The notes under the pieces: model-generated
Told to the model about the DNA's origin: nothing
Seen by the model: only the letters and a program-made list of their open reading frames with translations
Databases searched by the model: none
Part shown: positions 30,253 to 39,953 of the stretch, one piece after another
Numbering within the stretch: position 1 is the stretch's first letter
Layout of the letters: every line of letters begins with the position of its first letter
Translations under genes and position numbers: made by a program
From: a bacterium
GTDB taxonomy: Bacteria; JADJOY01
NCBI GenBank assembly: GCA_046331705.1
Contig: JAXLQJ010000011.1
Location: forward strand, 62,001 to 117,424
Length of the DNA stretch: 55,424 nt
Direction of reading: 5' to 3'

Positions 30253-31284
30253 ATGCAGTGCACCTCGTGCCACGGCGACCTCAAGGCGTCCGCGAACTTC
30301 TGCACGCATTGCGGCCAGGCGCTGCGCACGGTCGCGCGCTGCCCGAGCTGTGACGGAGTCGTCGCGACCGACGATCGCTTCTGCGAGCGCTGCGGAACGC
30401 GCTTACGCGCCGCCGAGCCAAGCGCCGCGGCACCCGCGGACGTCGCCGGGATCGCGGGACGGGGAGTGACGATCGAGCTCGAGCTGCCGGCGCCCGGCAG
30501 CGAGCCCGATCTCGAGCGTTTCATCCGCGCTGCGCCGACCTTCGTCGAGGTGCCCGGGCCGGAAGGCTCGATGGCACGGGTGACCTTCGGCGCCGCCGAC
30601 ACCGCCGAGCTGATCGCCTTCGTCGAGCGCACCGAGACCCGCCGCGGCCGGCGCGTCTACCGCGACGGACAGCGCCAGCCCTGGGACGACTTCTTTCGCT
30701 TCCTCGAGTGCTATCGGACCCGCCGCCGCTCGACGAGCCCCGAAGAGCATTGCTTCTACGACGACACCAACAACCCGAACGTGTGGGGCTGCTTCCAGGT
30801 GGGAATGCCGCTCGGCACCACGGTGATCGGCTCCGAGTGGCTGCTGCTCGGCAGCTTCGAGAGCGACGGCTCGTTCGTCTTCGACAAGAAGAAGGTGATC
30901 GCCGAGCTCGATCGGCGGCTGGCGCCGTATCGGTTGTGTCCGGCGCTCGAGGTTCGCTACATCGGGCAAGCGCTACGAGCGTTCCCGGCCCGGGTGAACC
31001 CGAAGGCGAATCGCGACTGGCGGTACGTCGAGGACCCGACAGGCAACGATCCCGCGGCGGTCACCGCGCTCAAGCGCGACGGTGGCGCGGCGGTCGAGGT
31101 CCGGGTGCGCGGGGTGGTGCCCGCGAGCCTCGAGGCCGCCGAGCGCACCGCGCAGGCGGTGCGGCGCGCGGTGAACGCGGCGCACAATCCGGCGACCACC
31201 CCGGAGGGCGGCGAGCCCACGGGCGCGGATGCCGGGAGGGGGGCCGGTGCGAGTGGGCCGGCTCCGACGATCGAGGGACCGTGA
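30253..31284 (+). CDS. Double zinc-ribbon domain protein
   Basis: CTSC..FCTHCG..CPSC..FCERCG followed by a Cys-containing domain I cannot assign. Confidence 0.82.
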   Translation: MQCTSCHGDLKASANFCTHCGQALRTVARCPSCDGVVATDDRFCERCGTRLRAAEPSAAAPADVAGIAGRGVTIELELPAPGSEPDLERFIRAAPTFVEVPGPEGSMARVTFGAADTAELIAFVERTETRRGRRVYRDGQRQPWDDFFRFLECYRTRRRSTSPEEHCFYDDTNNPNVWGCFQVGMPLGTTVIGSEWLLLGSFESDGSFVFDKKKVIAELDRRLAPYRLCPALEVRYIGQALRAFPARVNPKANRDWRYVEDPTGNDPAAVTALKRDGGAAVEVRVRGVVPASLEAAERTAQAVRRAVNAAHNPATTPEGGEPTGADAGRGAGASGPAPTIEGP

Positions 31285-31664
31285 TGTTCTGGCGCAAGAA
31301 GAAGCACATCTTGCTGGTGGACGACGACGAGAGCCTGCTGCGGTCACTCGAGATCTACTTCGGTAAGCAGGACTACAAGGTGTCGTCGATCTCCGAGGGC
31401 ACGGAAGCGCTCGCGTCGTTGCAGGGCAACAAGCTGCCCGATCTGGTGATCCTCGACGTGATGATGGACGGCGTCAACGGCCTTTCCGTGCTCACCGCGC
31501 TCAAGAAGAACGTCTACGGCAAGGCCGTGCCCGTGATCGTGACCAGCGCGTTCCAGAACCCGGACATGGTGCGCCGTTCGTACGAGCTCGGTGCCGCGCT
31601 ATTCATGCCCAAGCCCTTCAAGGTCGAGCGGCTGGCGTTCGAGGCGAAGCGGCTGATGCATTGA
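31284..31664 (+). CDS. CheY-like single-domain response regulator
   Basis: LLVDDD...LDVMM...VTS...KPF; TGATG overlap with the upstream gene. Confidence 0.92.
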   Translation: MFWRKKKHILLVDDDESLLRSLEIYFGKQDYKVSSISEGTEALASLQGNKLPDLVILDVMMDGVNGLSVLTALKKNVYGKAVPVIVTSAFQNPDMVRRSYELGAALFMPKPFKVERLAFEAKRLMH

Positions 31665-31766
31665 GCGCGGCGCCAGGCCGCTCCCGCCGCTGGTGCTCTC
31701 GCGGACCACGCGGCGACGGTCTCGATGCGGCGGATGCGGGATGCGATCGACGCGACCCGCTCGGTG

Positions 31767-31794
31767 TTGCCAAGGCGAGCGCGAGCGCTACACT
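31767..31794 (+). promoter_or_regulatory. Putative sigma70 promoter of tRNA-Ala
   Basis: TTGCCA-N16-TACACT, 14 bp before the tRNA. Confidence 0.6.
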
Positions 31795-31808
31795 CAGACG
31801 GATTGCCC

Positions 31809-31884
<76 letters not shown>

Positions 31885-31965
31885 GGTTCCGAAGTTCGCT
31901 GTGACGAGTCCCAGCGTGCGTCTCACGCGACGCGCTCGGCGTGCGGTCGAGCCTGCGAGACGTGA

Positions 31966-34473
31966 GTGTCGCCGGGCGAGACCTCCCTCGACGTGATGAC
32001 CAGCGCCACGGCGCCACCGGACGCGCTCGGTCAGCGGCTGGTGGAAGTGGCGCCCCTCGGGTTGCCGCTGGGCGCGCTCACCTATCGGCTCGCCGAGGGT
32101 GCGGTGGACCCGCCGCTGGGCGGGATGGTGCTGGTGCCCGTGGGCGGGCGCCGTGTGCGCGGTGTGGTCGTCGGGCCTGGTCATCCGATCGCCGGGCGCG
32201 ATCTCAAGCCGGTCCTCGCGCAGCTCGACGAGCCCGCTCCCGTTCCCTCCGAGGTCTTGCGGCTGGCGCGGTGGGCCGCGGACTACTATCTCGCGCCGCT
32301 CGGCGAGGTGCTGCGCCTGGCGCTGCCCCCCGGCGCGGCCCGCGCCGAGAGCGCGACCCTGGCGGTCACGGACGCCGGCCGCGAGCTGCTCGCCGACACC
32401 ACGCTCGACGCGGGCGCGCGCGCGCTCCTCGAGCACCTGGCCACGCGCCGTCGGGTGAGCCAGCGCGCCCTGCTGCGGGCGGTCGGCGGGACCCACGCTC
32501 GCCGCCAGCTTCGGAGCCTCGAGCAACGCGGCGCGATCGCCCGCGGGGGTGGCGCGCCTGCCACCCAGCATCGTCCTCGGCGGAGCTACCGCGTGGCGCG
32601 CGACGTCACGCCCGAGGAGGTGCTCGCGCTGGCGCGCCGCGCGCCCAAGCTCGCCGCGGTGTGGGCGCGCGTGGTCGCGCTGGCGACCCCGGTCGAAGCC
32701 GCGGACCTCGCGGAGCTGGGCGCGGACGTGGCGCCGCGGCTCGAGCGACTGACGCGCCGCGGCTGGCTCGCGCGCACCGAGACACGCTCGGGCGCCGGAG
32801 ATCGGCACGTCCTGATGCCGGCGAGCGATCGGCGGCCGGCGCTGACCGACGAGCAACGCGCGGCCCTGGAGGCCATTGACGCCGCACGCGACGCCGGCCG
32901 GGACGCCGATCCGATCGTGCTTCTCGGCGTCACCGGCAGCGGCAAGACCGAGGTCTACCTGGCCGCGGTCGAGGCGACGCTCGCGTGCGCGCGAACCGCG
33001 CTCGTGCTGGTTCCCGAGATCGCCCTCACGCCGCTGGCGCTGGGCCGCTTTCGCCAGCGTTTCGGCGACGCGGTGGGCGTGCTGCACAGCGGGCTGGGTG
33101 ACGCCGAGCGCGCCGCGGAGTGGGCGCGCGTGCTGCGCGGCGAGACCCGCGTGCTGGTGGGCACACGGCTCGCCGTGTTCGCGCCGCTCGCCGATCTCGG
33201 GCTGATCGTCGTCGACGAGGAGCACGACGGCTCCTACAAGCAGGAGACCGGCGCGCGCTACCACGCCCGCGATCTCGCCGTGGTGCGCGGCCGCTTCGCG
33301 GGCGCCGCCGTGGTGCTCGGCTCGGCGACGCCCAGCATCGAGACGTACTGGAACGCGCGCTCGGGCCGCTATCGACTGGTGGAGCTCACGGGCCGGCCAG
33401 GCGGGGCGATCTTGCCCACCATCGAGGTGGTCGACGTGCGCCGCGCGGAGAACCGTCTGGCGGGGAGCTCGCGGCTGTCGCGCCCCATCGCCGAGGCGCT
33501 CGCCGAGAACGCCGCCCGCGGCGAGCAATCGCTGCTCTTCCTCAATCGGCGCGGCTGGGCGCCGCTGCTGGTCTGCGAGAGCTGCGGCGATCGGCCGGGT
33601 TGCGCTCGCTGCAGCGTGTCGCTGGCGTTGCACCGCCGGCCGTCGCGCTTGGTATGCCACCTGTGCGGCGCGCAACGGCCCATCCCCGAATGCTGTGCTC
33701 GCTGCGGCGCCGCGGAGCTGCGCCGGCTGGGGGCCGGCACCCAACGCATCGAGGACGAGCTTCTGGCGCTGCTGCCGGATCTGCGCATCGAACGGCTGGA
33801 CCGCGACGCGGTCGCGAGCGCTGCCGAGCGCACCCGCGCGCTGACGCGGGTCGCGTCGCGTGCGGTGGACGTCCTGGTGGGCACGCAGATGGTGGCGAAG
33901 GGCCACGATTTCCCCCACGTCACGTTCGCCGCGGTGCTCTCCATCGATGGCCTTCTCGCGCGCTCCGACTTCCGTGCCGTGGAACGAGCCTTCCAGTTGC
34001 TGGTGCAGGTCTCGGGTCGCGCCGGACGCGCCGAGCGGCCCGGTCGCGTGGTGTTGCAGAGCTTCCATCCCGAGCACTCGGTCTTCCACTTCGCGAAGAC
34101 CCACGACGTGAAGGGCTTTCTCGACGAGGAGATCGAGTTCCGGCGGGGCTCGGGCTACCCGCCGTTCGGGCGCCTCGCCGCCATCGGCGTCGAGGGGACC
34201 GTGGCGAGCGCCGTCGAGCAGGACGCCCGCTGGCTGGCCGACGAGCTGGGGCGACGCGCCGCCGGCAAGTCGCCGCGCATCGACGTCCTCGGGCCCGCGC
34301 CCGCGTTGGTCGAGCGCGTCGACGAGCACCTGCGACGGCGCGTGTTGCTGCGTGCCGAGCGTCCACGTCTGGTGCAGACGCTGATCGCGGAGGTGCTCGG
34401 CAACCCACCGCGCGTCAAGGCACCGCGCGGGAGTCGTCTCGCCGTGGACGTGGATCCGCTGGTACTCCTCTGA
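31966..34473 (+). CDS. priA: Primosomal protein N'
   Basis: GVTGSGKTEVY, LVPEIALT, DEEHD, SATP, four CxxC pairs, GTQMVAKG.DF, QVSGRAGR. Confidence 0.97.
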   Translation: MSPGETSLDVMTSATAPPDALGQRLVEVAPLGLPLGALTYRLAEGAVDPPLGGMVLVPVGGRRVRGVVVGPGHPIAGRDLKPVLAQLDEPAPVPSEVLRLARWAADYYLAPLGEVLRLALPPGAARAESATLAVTDAGRELLADTTLDAGARALLEHLATRRRVSQRALLRAVGGTHARRQLRSLEQRGAIARGGGAPATQHRPRRSYRVARDVTPEEVLALARRAPKLAAVWARVVALATPVEAADLAELGADVAPRLERLTRRGWLARTETRSGAGDRHVLMPASDRRPALTDEQRAALEAIDAARDAGRDADPIVLLGVTGSGKTEVYLAAVEATLACARTALVLVPEIALTPLALGRFRQRFGDAVGVLHSGLGDAERAAEWARVLRGETRVLVGTRLAVFAPLADLGLIVVDEEHDGSYKQETGARYHARDLAVVRGRFAGAAVVLGSATPSIETYWNARSGRYRLVELTGRPGGAILPTIEVVDVRRAENRLAGSSRLSRPIAEALAENAARGEQSLLFLNRRGWAPLLVCESCGDRPGCARCSVSLALHRRPSRLVCHLCGAQRPIPECCARCGAAELRRLGAGTQRIEDELLALLPDLRIERLDRDAVASAAERTRALTRVASRAVDVLVGTQMVAKGHDFPHVTFAAVLSIDGLLARSDFRAVERAFQLLVQVSGRAGRAERPGRVVLQSFHPEHSVFHFAKTHDVKGFLDEEIEFRRGSGYPPFGRLAAIGVEGTVASAVEQDARWLADELGRRAAGKSPRIDVLGPAPALVERVDEHLRRRVLLRAERPRLVQTLIAEVLGNPPRVKAPRGSRLAVDVDPLVLL

Positions 34474-34532
34474 GGGCGCTCACGCCGCGGCCGCGACCAC
34501 GGCCCGGATCGCCGTGTGGCGCGAGGTGAGGA

Positions 34533-35468
34533 ATGGCGCTCGACATCGTGTTCTTCGGCACGCCGGCATTCGCGGTCCCGAGCCTCGCGACGCTGCTCGC
34601 GAGCGAGCACCGCGTGCGCGCCGTGGTGACGCAGCCTAAGCGTCCGGCGGGGCGCGGCCGAGCGCCGCGCGCGTCGCCGGTGAGCGAGCTCGCGACGCGC
34701 GCGGGAATCCCCGTGCTCACGCCGGTCAAGCTGCGCGACGGCGCGTTCGCACGGGAGCTGGCCGCGATCGCGCCGGATCTCGGCGTGGTCGTGGCGTACG
34801 GCCGGATCCTGCCCGCGGACGTGCTCGCGGTTCCGCGCCTCGGTTACCTGAACGTGCACGCGTCGCTGCTTCCCGCTCATCGGGGCGCGTCGCCGATCTC
34901 ACAAGCGTTGCTCGTGGGCGATGCGGTGACGGGCGTGAGCCTGATGCGCCTCACGGAAGGCATGGACGAGGGCCCCGTGCTCGCCACGCGCGCCGTCTCG
35001 ATCGAACCCGACGACGATTGTGGCTCGCTCACCACCCGGCTCGCCGAGGTCGGCGCCGCGCTCCTCAGCGAGAACCTCGCGGTGGTCGAGGCGGGGACCG
35101 CGCAGTTCCTGGAGCAAGACCACGCTCGGGCGACCTACACGCGTCCCGTCGAGCGCGAGCACGCGCGCCTCGACTGGTCGCGTGACGCGCGCTCGCTCGC
35201 GAACCTGGTGCGCGCGATGTCGCCAGCGCCGGGTGCGTTCACGCCCTACTCGGGTGGCGTCCTCAAGGTGTACCGAGCACGCCCGGAGCCCGCCGCGGCG
35301 GAAACGCCACCCGGGACCGTGGTGGAGACGAGCGGCGCGGGGCCGCGGATCGCGTGCGCGCACGGCACGCTGCGCTTGCTCGAGGTCCAGCGCGAGGGCG
35401 GGCGGCGTCAGCGCGGTGACGAGTTTCTGCGGGGTGCGCGCATCGCCGTCGGCGAGCGCTGGGGATGA
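34533..35468 (+). CDS. fmt: Methionyl-tRNA formyltransferase
   Basis: FFGTP.FAVPSL, VVTQP, VAYG, NVHASLLP..RGA.PI. Confidence 0.97.
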   Translation: MALDIVFFGTPAFAVPSLATLLASEHRVRAVVTQPKRPAGRGRAPRASPVSELATRAGIPVLTPVKLRDGAFARELAAIAPDLGVVVAYGRILPADVLAVPRLGYLNVHASLLPAHRGASPISQALLVGDAVTGVSLMRLTEGMDEGPVLATRAVSIEPDDDCGSLTTRLAEVGAALLSENLAVVEAGTAQFLEQDHARATYTRPVEREHARLDWSRDARSLANLVRAMSPAPGAFTPYSGGVLKVYRARPEPAAAETPPGTVVETSGAGPRIACAHGTLRLLEVQREGGRRQRGDEFLRGARIAVGERWG

Positions 35469-36844
35469 GCGAGCCGCGTCCGGTGCGGCACGGCTCGCGT
35501 CTGGCGGCGGCGCGGGCGCTCGTCGCCGTGGAGCAGGGCGCGGATCTGGAGCGCGCGCTCGATCGCGAGCTCAGACGTCTCGCGCTCGAGGACCGCCGCG
35601 AGCGTGCCCTCGCGAGCGCGATCGCGCACGCGGCGGTTCGCCATCAGCGCCGCATCGACCTCGTGCTCGAGCGTGCTGCACGCCGCTCGCTCGCACGCGT
35701 GCAGGTGCAGGTCCGCGCGGTGCTGCGCGCGGCGGGCGCGCAGTTGCTGGTCCTCGACGGGGTGCCGGAATACGCCGCCGTCGCTACCGCGCCCGATCTG
35801 GCCCGGGACCTGGGCGCGGCGCGCGCGGTGGGCTTCGTGAACGCGGTGCTGCGCAGCGTGGCTCGTGCGCGGTGTGACGGCGACGTGCCCGCGCCCGACG
35901 TGGCCGTGGGTCCGCTCGCGCGCATCGCGGACGAGCTTTCCTATCCGCGCTGGCTCGCGGAGCGCTGGATCGAGCGCTTCGGCACGCCGGCCGCGGAAGC
36001 GCTCGCCGGCCGCTGGAACGAGCCCGCGACGCTCAGCTTGCGTCTCGCGCCAGGCGTCGACCGCGAGCGATTGCTCACCGCGATCCGCGCCCAGGGCTTC
36101 GAGGCCAGCGCGTCGCCCTGGCTCGCGCGCGCCATTCGCGTCCGCGGCGCGCACCCCGCCGAGCTGCCGGGATGGGAGCAGGGTTGGTTTCAGCCCCAGG
36201 ACGAGGCGTCGCAGGCGGTGGTGGCGCTGCTCGATCCGCGCGTCGACGAGACGATCCTCGACCTGTGCGCGGGATTGGGGACCAAGACCAGCGCCATCCT
36301 GGAGCACGCGGGGACGCCGCGGCGGGTGGTCGCCTGCGATCGATCCGGCGCGCGGCTCGCTGCCCAGGCCGCCGAGTCCCACCGTCGCGGCGACGCATCG
36401 GCGCGCGTTTCGCGGCTGATCCTGGATGGGGTCGCCGAGCTGCCGTTTCGCGAGGGTGCGTTCGATCGCGTGCTCGTGGACGCGCCGTGCACCGGTGTGG
36501 GTGCGCTGCGTCGCCACCCGGAGATCAAATGGCGCCGCACGGCCGCGGACCCTGCACGCCTCGGGGAGATCCAGCGCGCGATCCTCGGAAACGCCGTGCG
36601 GGTGCTGCGGCGCGGCGGTGTCCTCGTCTACAGCACGTGCAGCACCGAGCCCGAGGAGAACGAGGACGTGGTGCGATCGGTGCTGAGACAGCACCCGAGC
36701 TTGATTGTGGAAAGCGCCCGCGATTGGCTACCCGCGCCGTTCGCGCCACTGGTCGCGGACGACGGCTTCCTCAGGACCTATCCCCACGGCGAAGGGCTCG
36801 ACGGCTTCTTCGCCGCGCGTTTGAGAAGGAGTGACCGTGGCTGA
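35465..36844 (+). CDS. rsmB: 16S rRNA m5C967 methyltransferase RsmB/Sun
   Basis: NusB-like N-terminus; QDEASQ, DLCAG.G.K, DAPCTG.G, YSTCS..PEENE. Confidence 0.95.
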   Translation: MSEPRPVRHGSRLAAARALVAVEQGADLERALDRELRRLALEDRRERALASAIAHAAVRHQRRIDLVLERAARRSLARVQVQVRAVLRAAGAQLLVLDGVPEYAAVATAPDLARDLGAARAVGFVNAVLRSVARARCDGDVPAPDVAVGPLARIADELSYPRWLAERWIERFGTPAAEALAGRWNEPATLSLRLAPGVDRERLLTAIRAQGFEASASPWLARAIRVRGAHPAELPGWEQGWFQPQDEASQAVVALLDPRVDETILDLCAGLGTKTSAILEHAGTPRRVVACDRSGARLAAQAAESHRRGDASARVSRLILDGVAELPFREGAFDRVLVDAPCTGVGALRRHPEIKWRRTAADPARLGEIQRAILGNAVRVLRRGGVLVYSTCSTEPEENEDVVRSVLRQHPSLIVESARDWLPAPFAPLVADDGFLRTYPHGEGLDGFFAARLRRSDRG

Positions 36845-37529
36845 GTCGAGGTTCGGGGCGGAGCCCAAGTACGTGATCGCTCCGTCGATCCTGTCGGCGG
36901 ATTTCGGCGAGCTCGCTCGCGAGATCCGTGCGGTCGAGGCGGCGGGTGCGGACTGGATCCACGTCGACGTGATGGACGGGCATTTCGTGCCCAACCTGAC
37001 CCTCGGCTGGCCGGTGGTCGGCTCGCTGCGCAAGGTCTCGGAGAAGCCGTTCGACGTCCACCTCATGATCGAGGAGCCGGACCGCTACCTCGAGAGCTTC
37101 GTGAAGGCAGGCGCCGACGTGCTGACGGTGCACGTCGAGGCGTGCATACACCTGCACCGCACCGTCCAGGAGATCAAGCGCCTCGGAGCGCGTGCGGGGG
37201 TGAGCCTCAATCCCGCGACACCCGTCGAGTCGGTGCTCCCGATCCTCCCCGACGTCGATCTGGTGCTGCTCATGAGCGTGAATCCGGGCTTCGGCGGCCA
37301 ATCGTTCATCGAGTCGAGCGTCGAGCGGGCCACGGCGCTCGCCGCCGCGATCGCGCGGACCGGCAAGGCCATTCGCCTCGAGATCGACGGCGGCGTCGGG
37401 GTGGGGAACATCGCGCGGCTCGCCCGCGCCGGAGTGCGGGCGTTCGTGGCCGGCAACGCGATCTTCGCGAGCGGCGACTACGCGGCGACGATTCGCGCCA
37501 TGCGCGCCGAGCTCGCGAAGGTGGACTGA
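36831..37529 (+). CDS. rpe: Ribulose-phosphate 3-epimerase
   Basis: APSILSADF, HVDVMDGHFVPN, DVHLM, MSVNPGFGGQ, IDGG. Start 36831 or 36837. Confidence 0.97.
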   Translation: MTVAESRFGAEPKYVIAPSILSADFGELAREIRAVEAAGADWIHVDVMDGHFVPNLTLGWPVVGSLRKVSEKPFDVHLMIEEPDRYLESFVKAGADVLTVHVEACIHLHRTVQEIKRLGARAGVSLNPATPVESVLPILPDVDLVLLMSVNPGFGGQSFIESSVERATALAAAIARTGKAIRLEIDGGVGVGNIARLARAGVRAFVAGNAIFASGDYAATIRAMRAELAKVD

Positions 37530-37566
37530 CGGGGCGTTCGTGTCTCCCGAATCGTCGCGCGGACGT

Positions 37567-38079
37567 TCAATCGTCCTCGCGGTCCACGTCCGCCTTGGCG
37601 GGTCGCTCGCGCGGCTGCGTCTTCGGCCGCGCGCTGCGCCGGGAAGCACCGCGTTTCGAGCCCTCCTCGCGTAGCTGCTCGGCCCGCGAGGCGCGCCGTC
37701 GCTCGGCGGCGTCCTCGATCTCGACGCGGCGGCGCTCCTGGTCCCGTCGCGCGGACTCGGCGAGGCGCTCGCGCTGCGCGCGCTCGGCGGCGCGCCGCCG
37801 AGTCACTTGCTCGCGTTCCCGTTCCAGGGCGCGATCGAAGGCGCTCGGTCCCGGTGGCTCGGGCATCGCGAGGCGCTGCAAGCTGCCCGCGTTGGGGAGC
37901 GCACTGCGGCGATCCTCGATCGCCGCGGGCCGCTGATGGATCTCGAGCCGGCCGTCCGCGCCGCGCGACCACACCAGCACGTCACGGGCGCTCGCGGTGC
38001 CGCCCACGGCGAGCGAGGCCAGCCCGGCGCAGAGGACCCACGTGCGGAGGCGTGGCTTGGTATCCGGATAGGCGTTCAT
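37567..38079 (-). CDS. Exported protein with a highly charged coiled-coil tail
   Basis: GAGGAG SD; signal peptide ending ASA|RD; R/E-rich helix. Confidence 0.65.
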   Translation of the reverse strand: MNAYPDTKPRLRTWVLCAGLASLAVGGTASARDVLVWSRGADGRLEIHQRPAAIEDRRSALPNAGSLQRLAMPEPPGPSAFDRALEREREQVTRRRAAERAQRERLAESARRDQERRRVEIEDAAERRRASRAEQLREEGSKRGASRRSARPKTQPRERPAKADVDREDD

Positions 38080-38149
38080 GAGCGTCTCCTCGATGGGCCG
38101 CGGGTGTCGGGGGCGCGCCCCCCGGTGCGGCGGTCGGCGTTGCGAGACG

Positions 38150-38163
38150 GCAACGCCCATGCC
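38150..38163 (-). promoter_or_regulatory. Sigma54 -24/-12 promoter
   Basis: Minus strand GGCATGGGCGTTGC, about 70 bp upstream of ATG 38079. Confidence 0.65.
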
Positions 38164-38442
38164 GCGGCACGGTCGCGAGCACCCCTCGGAATCGCAGCGC
38201 TTTTTCGGATGGTGCCACCGCGGGGTGCGCCGCTGCGGGCGCACCGGTGCGCCCCCGAGTGCGCGCACGAGCGCGCTGCGGTTCGAGGTGCGGCGTTTGA
38301 CAGGTGGGGGTATCGGTGGTAGCTCACGGCGGTTCGATCGGCGCTCGCCGAGCGCAGATCGGATGCACCGAACGGCAAGGCATGGCGTCTCGAGTCGCGG
38401 TTACGCGAAATCGGCCGCTTCGTGATGAGCCAGGTGCGACGA

Positions 38443-38517
<75 letters not shown>

Positions 38518-38672
38518 CCACACGCGAGCGGCTTCGGATCCTCCGCAGCCGCTCGTTTTCACTCCAGCCCCGGGCGGTGCGTGCAATCGCGCAGCAACAT
38601 CCGCTAGGTTGCGCACGAGACGCACACGCCATCGCCCTCGACTCACCACCGCCACCGAGCAGCGCTCAGAAC

Positions 38673-39284
38673 ATGCCCGTCACGATTCCGCTCTTGATGG
38701 CTGGCGCGTATCTCGTCGGTTCGATTCCGACGGGGGTGTTGCTGGCGCGGTGGAAGGGGTTGCCCGACCCGCGCAGCGCCGGCAGCGGAAACATCGGCGC
38801 CACGAACGTCGCGCGGACCCTGGGCAAGCGCATGGGGATCCTGACGCTGCTCGGGGACGCGGCCAAAGGGGCGGCGCCGGTGCTTGCCGGTCGGCTGTGT
38901 GGGCTCGCGCTCGGTCCGCTCTCGGCGGTCGCGGCAGCGGGAGTGCTCGGTCACATCGCGTCGGTGTTCCTGCGCTTTCGCGGCGGGAAGGGTGTCGCGA
39001 CCGGGCTGGGCGCGTTTCTGGCGCTCACGCCAGTCGCCGCGCTGGCGGCAGCGCTGGTGTTCGCGCTCGCGTTCGCGACGACGCGCATCGTGTCGCTGAG
39101 CTCGATCCTGGGGACGGCGGCGCTGCCATTGGTCTTGGTCAGCCAGGCGAGCACGCGCCCCGCTGCCATGGCGGCAGCGGTGGTCGCGATCCTCGTCATC
39201 GCGCGGCACCAAGCCAACCTCGCGCGGCTGGTCCGCGGCGAAGAGCCCCGGTTCGGCAGGGCGCCGCGCGGCACGGATGCCTAG
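38673..39284 (+). CDS. plsY: Glycerol-3-phosphate acyltransferase
   Basis: YLVGSIP.G, GSGNIGATN, GH...F.GGKGVAT, RH..N..RL..G.E. Confidence 0.96.
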   Translation: MPVTIPLLMAGAYLVGSIPTGVLLARWKGLPDPRSAGSGNIGATNVARTLGKRMGILTLLGDAAKGAAPVLAGRLCGLALGPLSAVAAAGVLGHIASVFLRFRGGKGVATGLGAFLALTPVAALAAALVFALAFATTRIVSLSSILGTAALPLVLVSQASTRPAAMAAAVVAILVIARHQANLARLVRGEEPRFGRAPRGTDA

Positions 39285-39312
39285 TTTCTAGGCGTTGCTC
39301 AAAGATGGGGCA
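39278..39312. promoter_or_regulatory. Tandem NtrC-type enhancer boxes
   Basis: TGCCTAG-TTT-CTAGGCG and TGCTCAA-AGA-TGGGGCA resemble the 17-bp TGCACCA-N3-TGGTGCA site and lie about 90-120 bp upstream of a sigma54 promoter. Confidence 0.6.
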
Positions 39313-39397
39313 CGAACCGCGAGGCGAGTCGTTGGAGATCGATCTTGTAACTGTCAGGAATCACGAGTGAATCGTCGATGATGGCTGTGATGGCGAC

Positions 39398-39792
<395 letters not shown>

Positions 39793-39953
39793 CGCCTGCA
39801 GCACGCGTGCTGCCGAGCATCGCCCGCTGACCGCAGTCCATTCCGACGCGTAGTTCGAGTCCGCCGAGTGGTCTCGGCGGGGAGAGGGCCTGAGGTACAA
39901 CCACCGCAGTCGAGACGACTCGGAACCGGAGAAAGGGTGAGGAGGACGAGAGC

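Noticed and set aside
38297-38325. TTGACA-N17-TAGCTC promoter for tRNA-Pro
   Set aside because: The -35 is perfect but the -10 lacks its conserved final T. It is plausible but not well enough supported.
39848-39870. GTTCGAGTCC resembling a tRNA T-loop
   Set aside because: The flanks do not form a T-stem and there is no cloverleaf.
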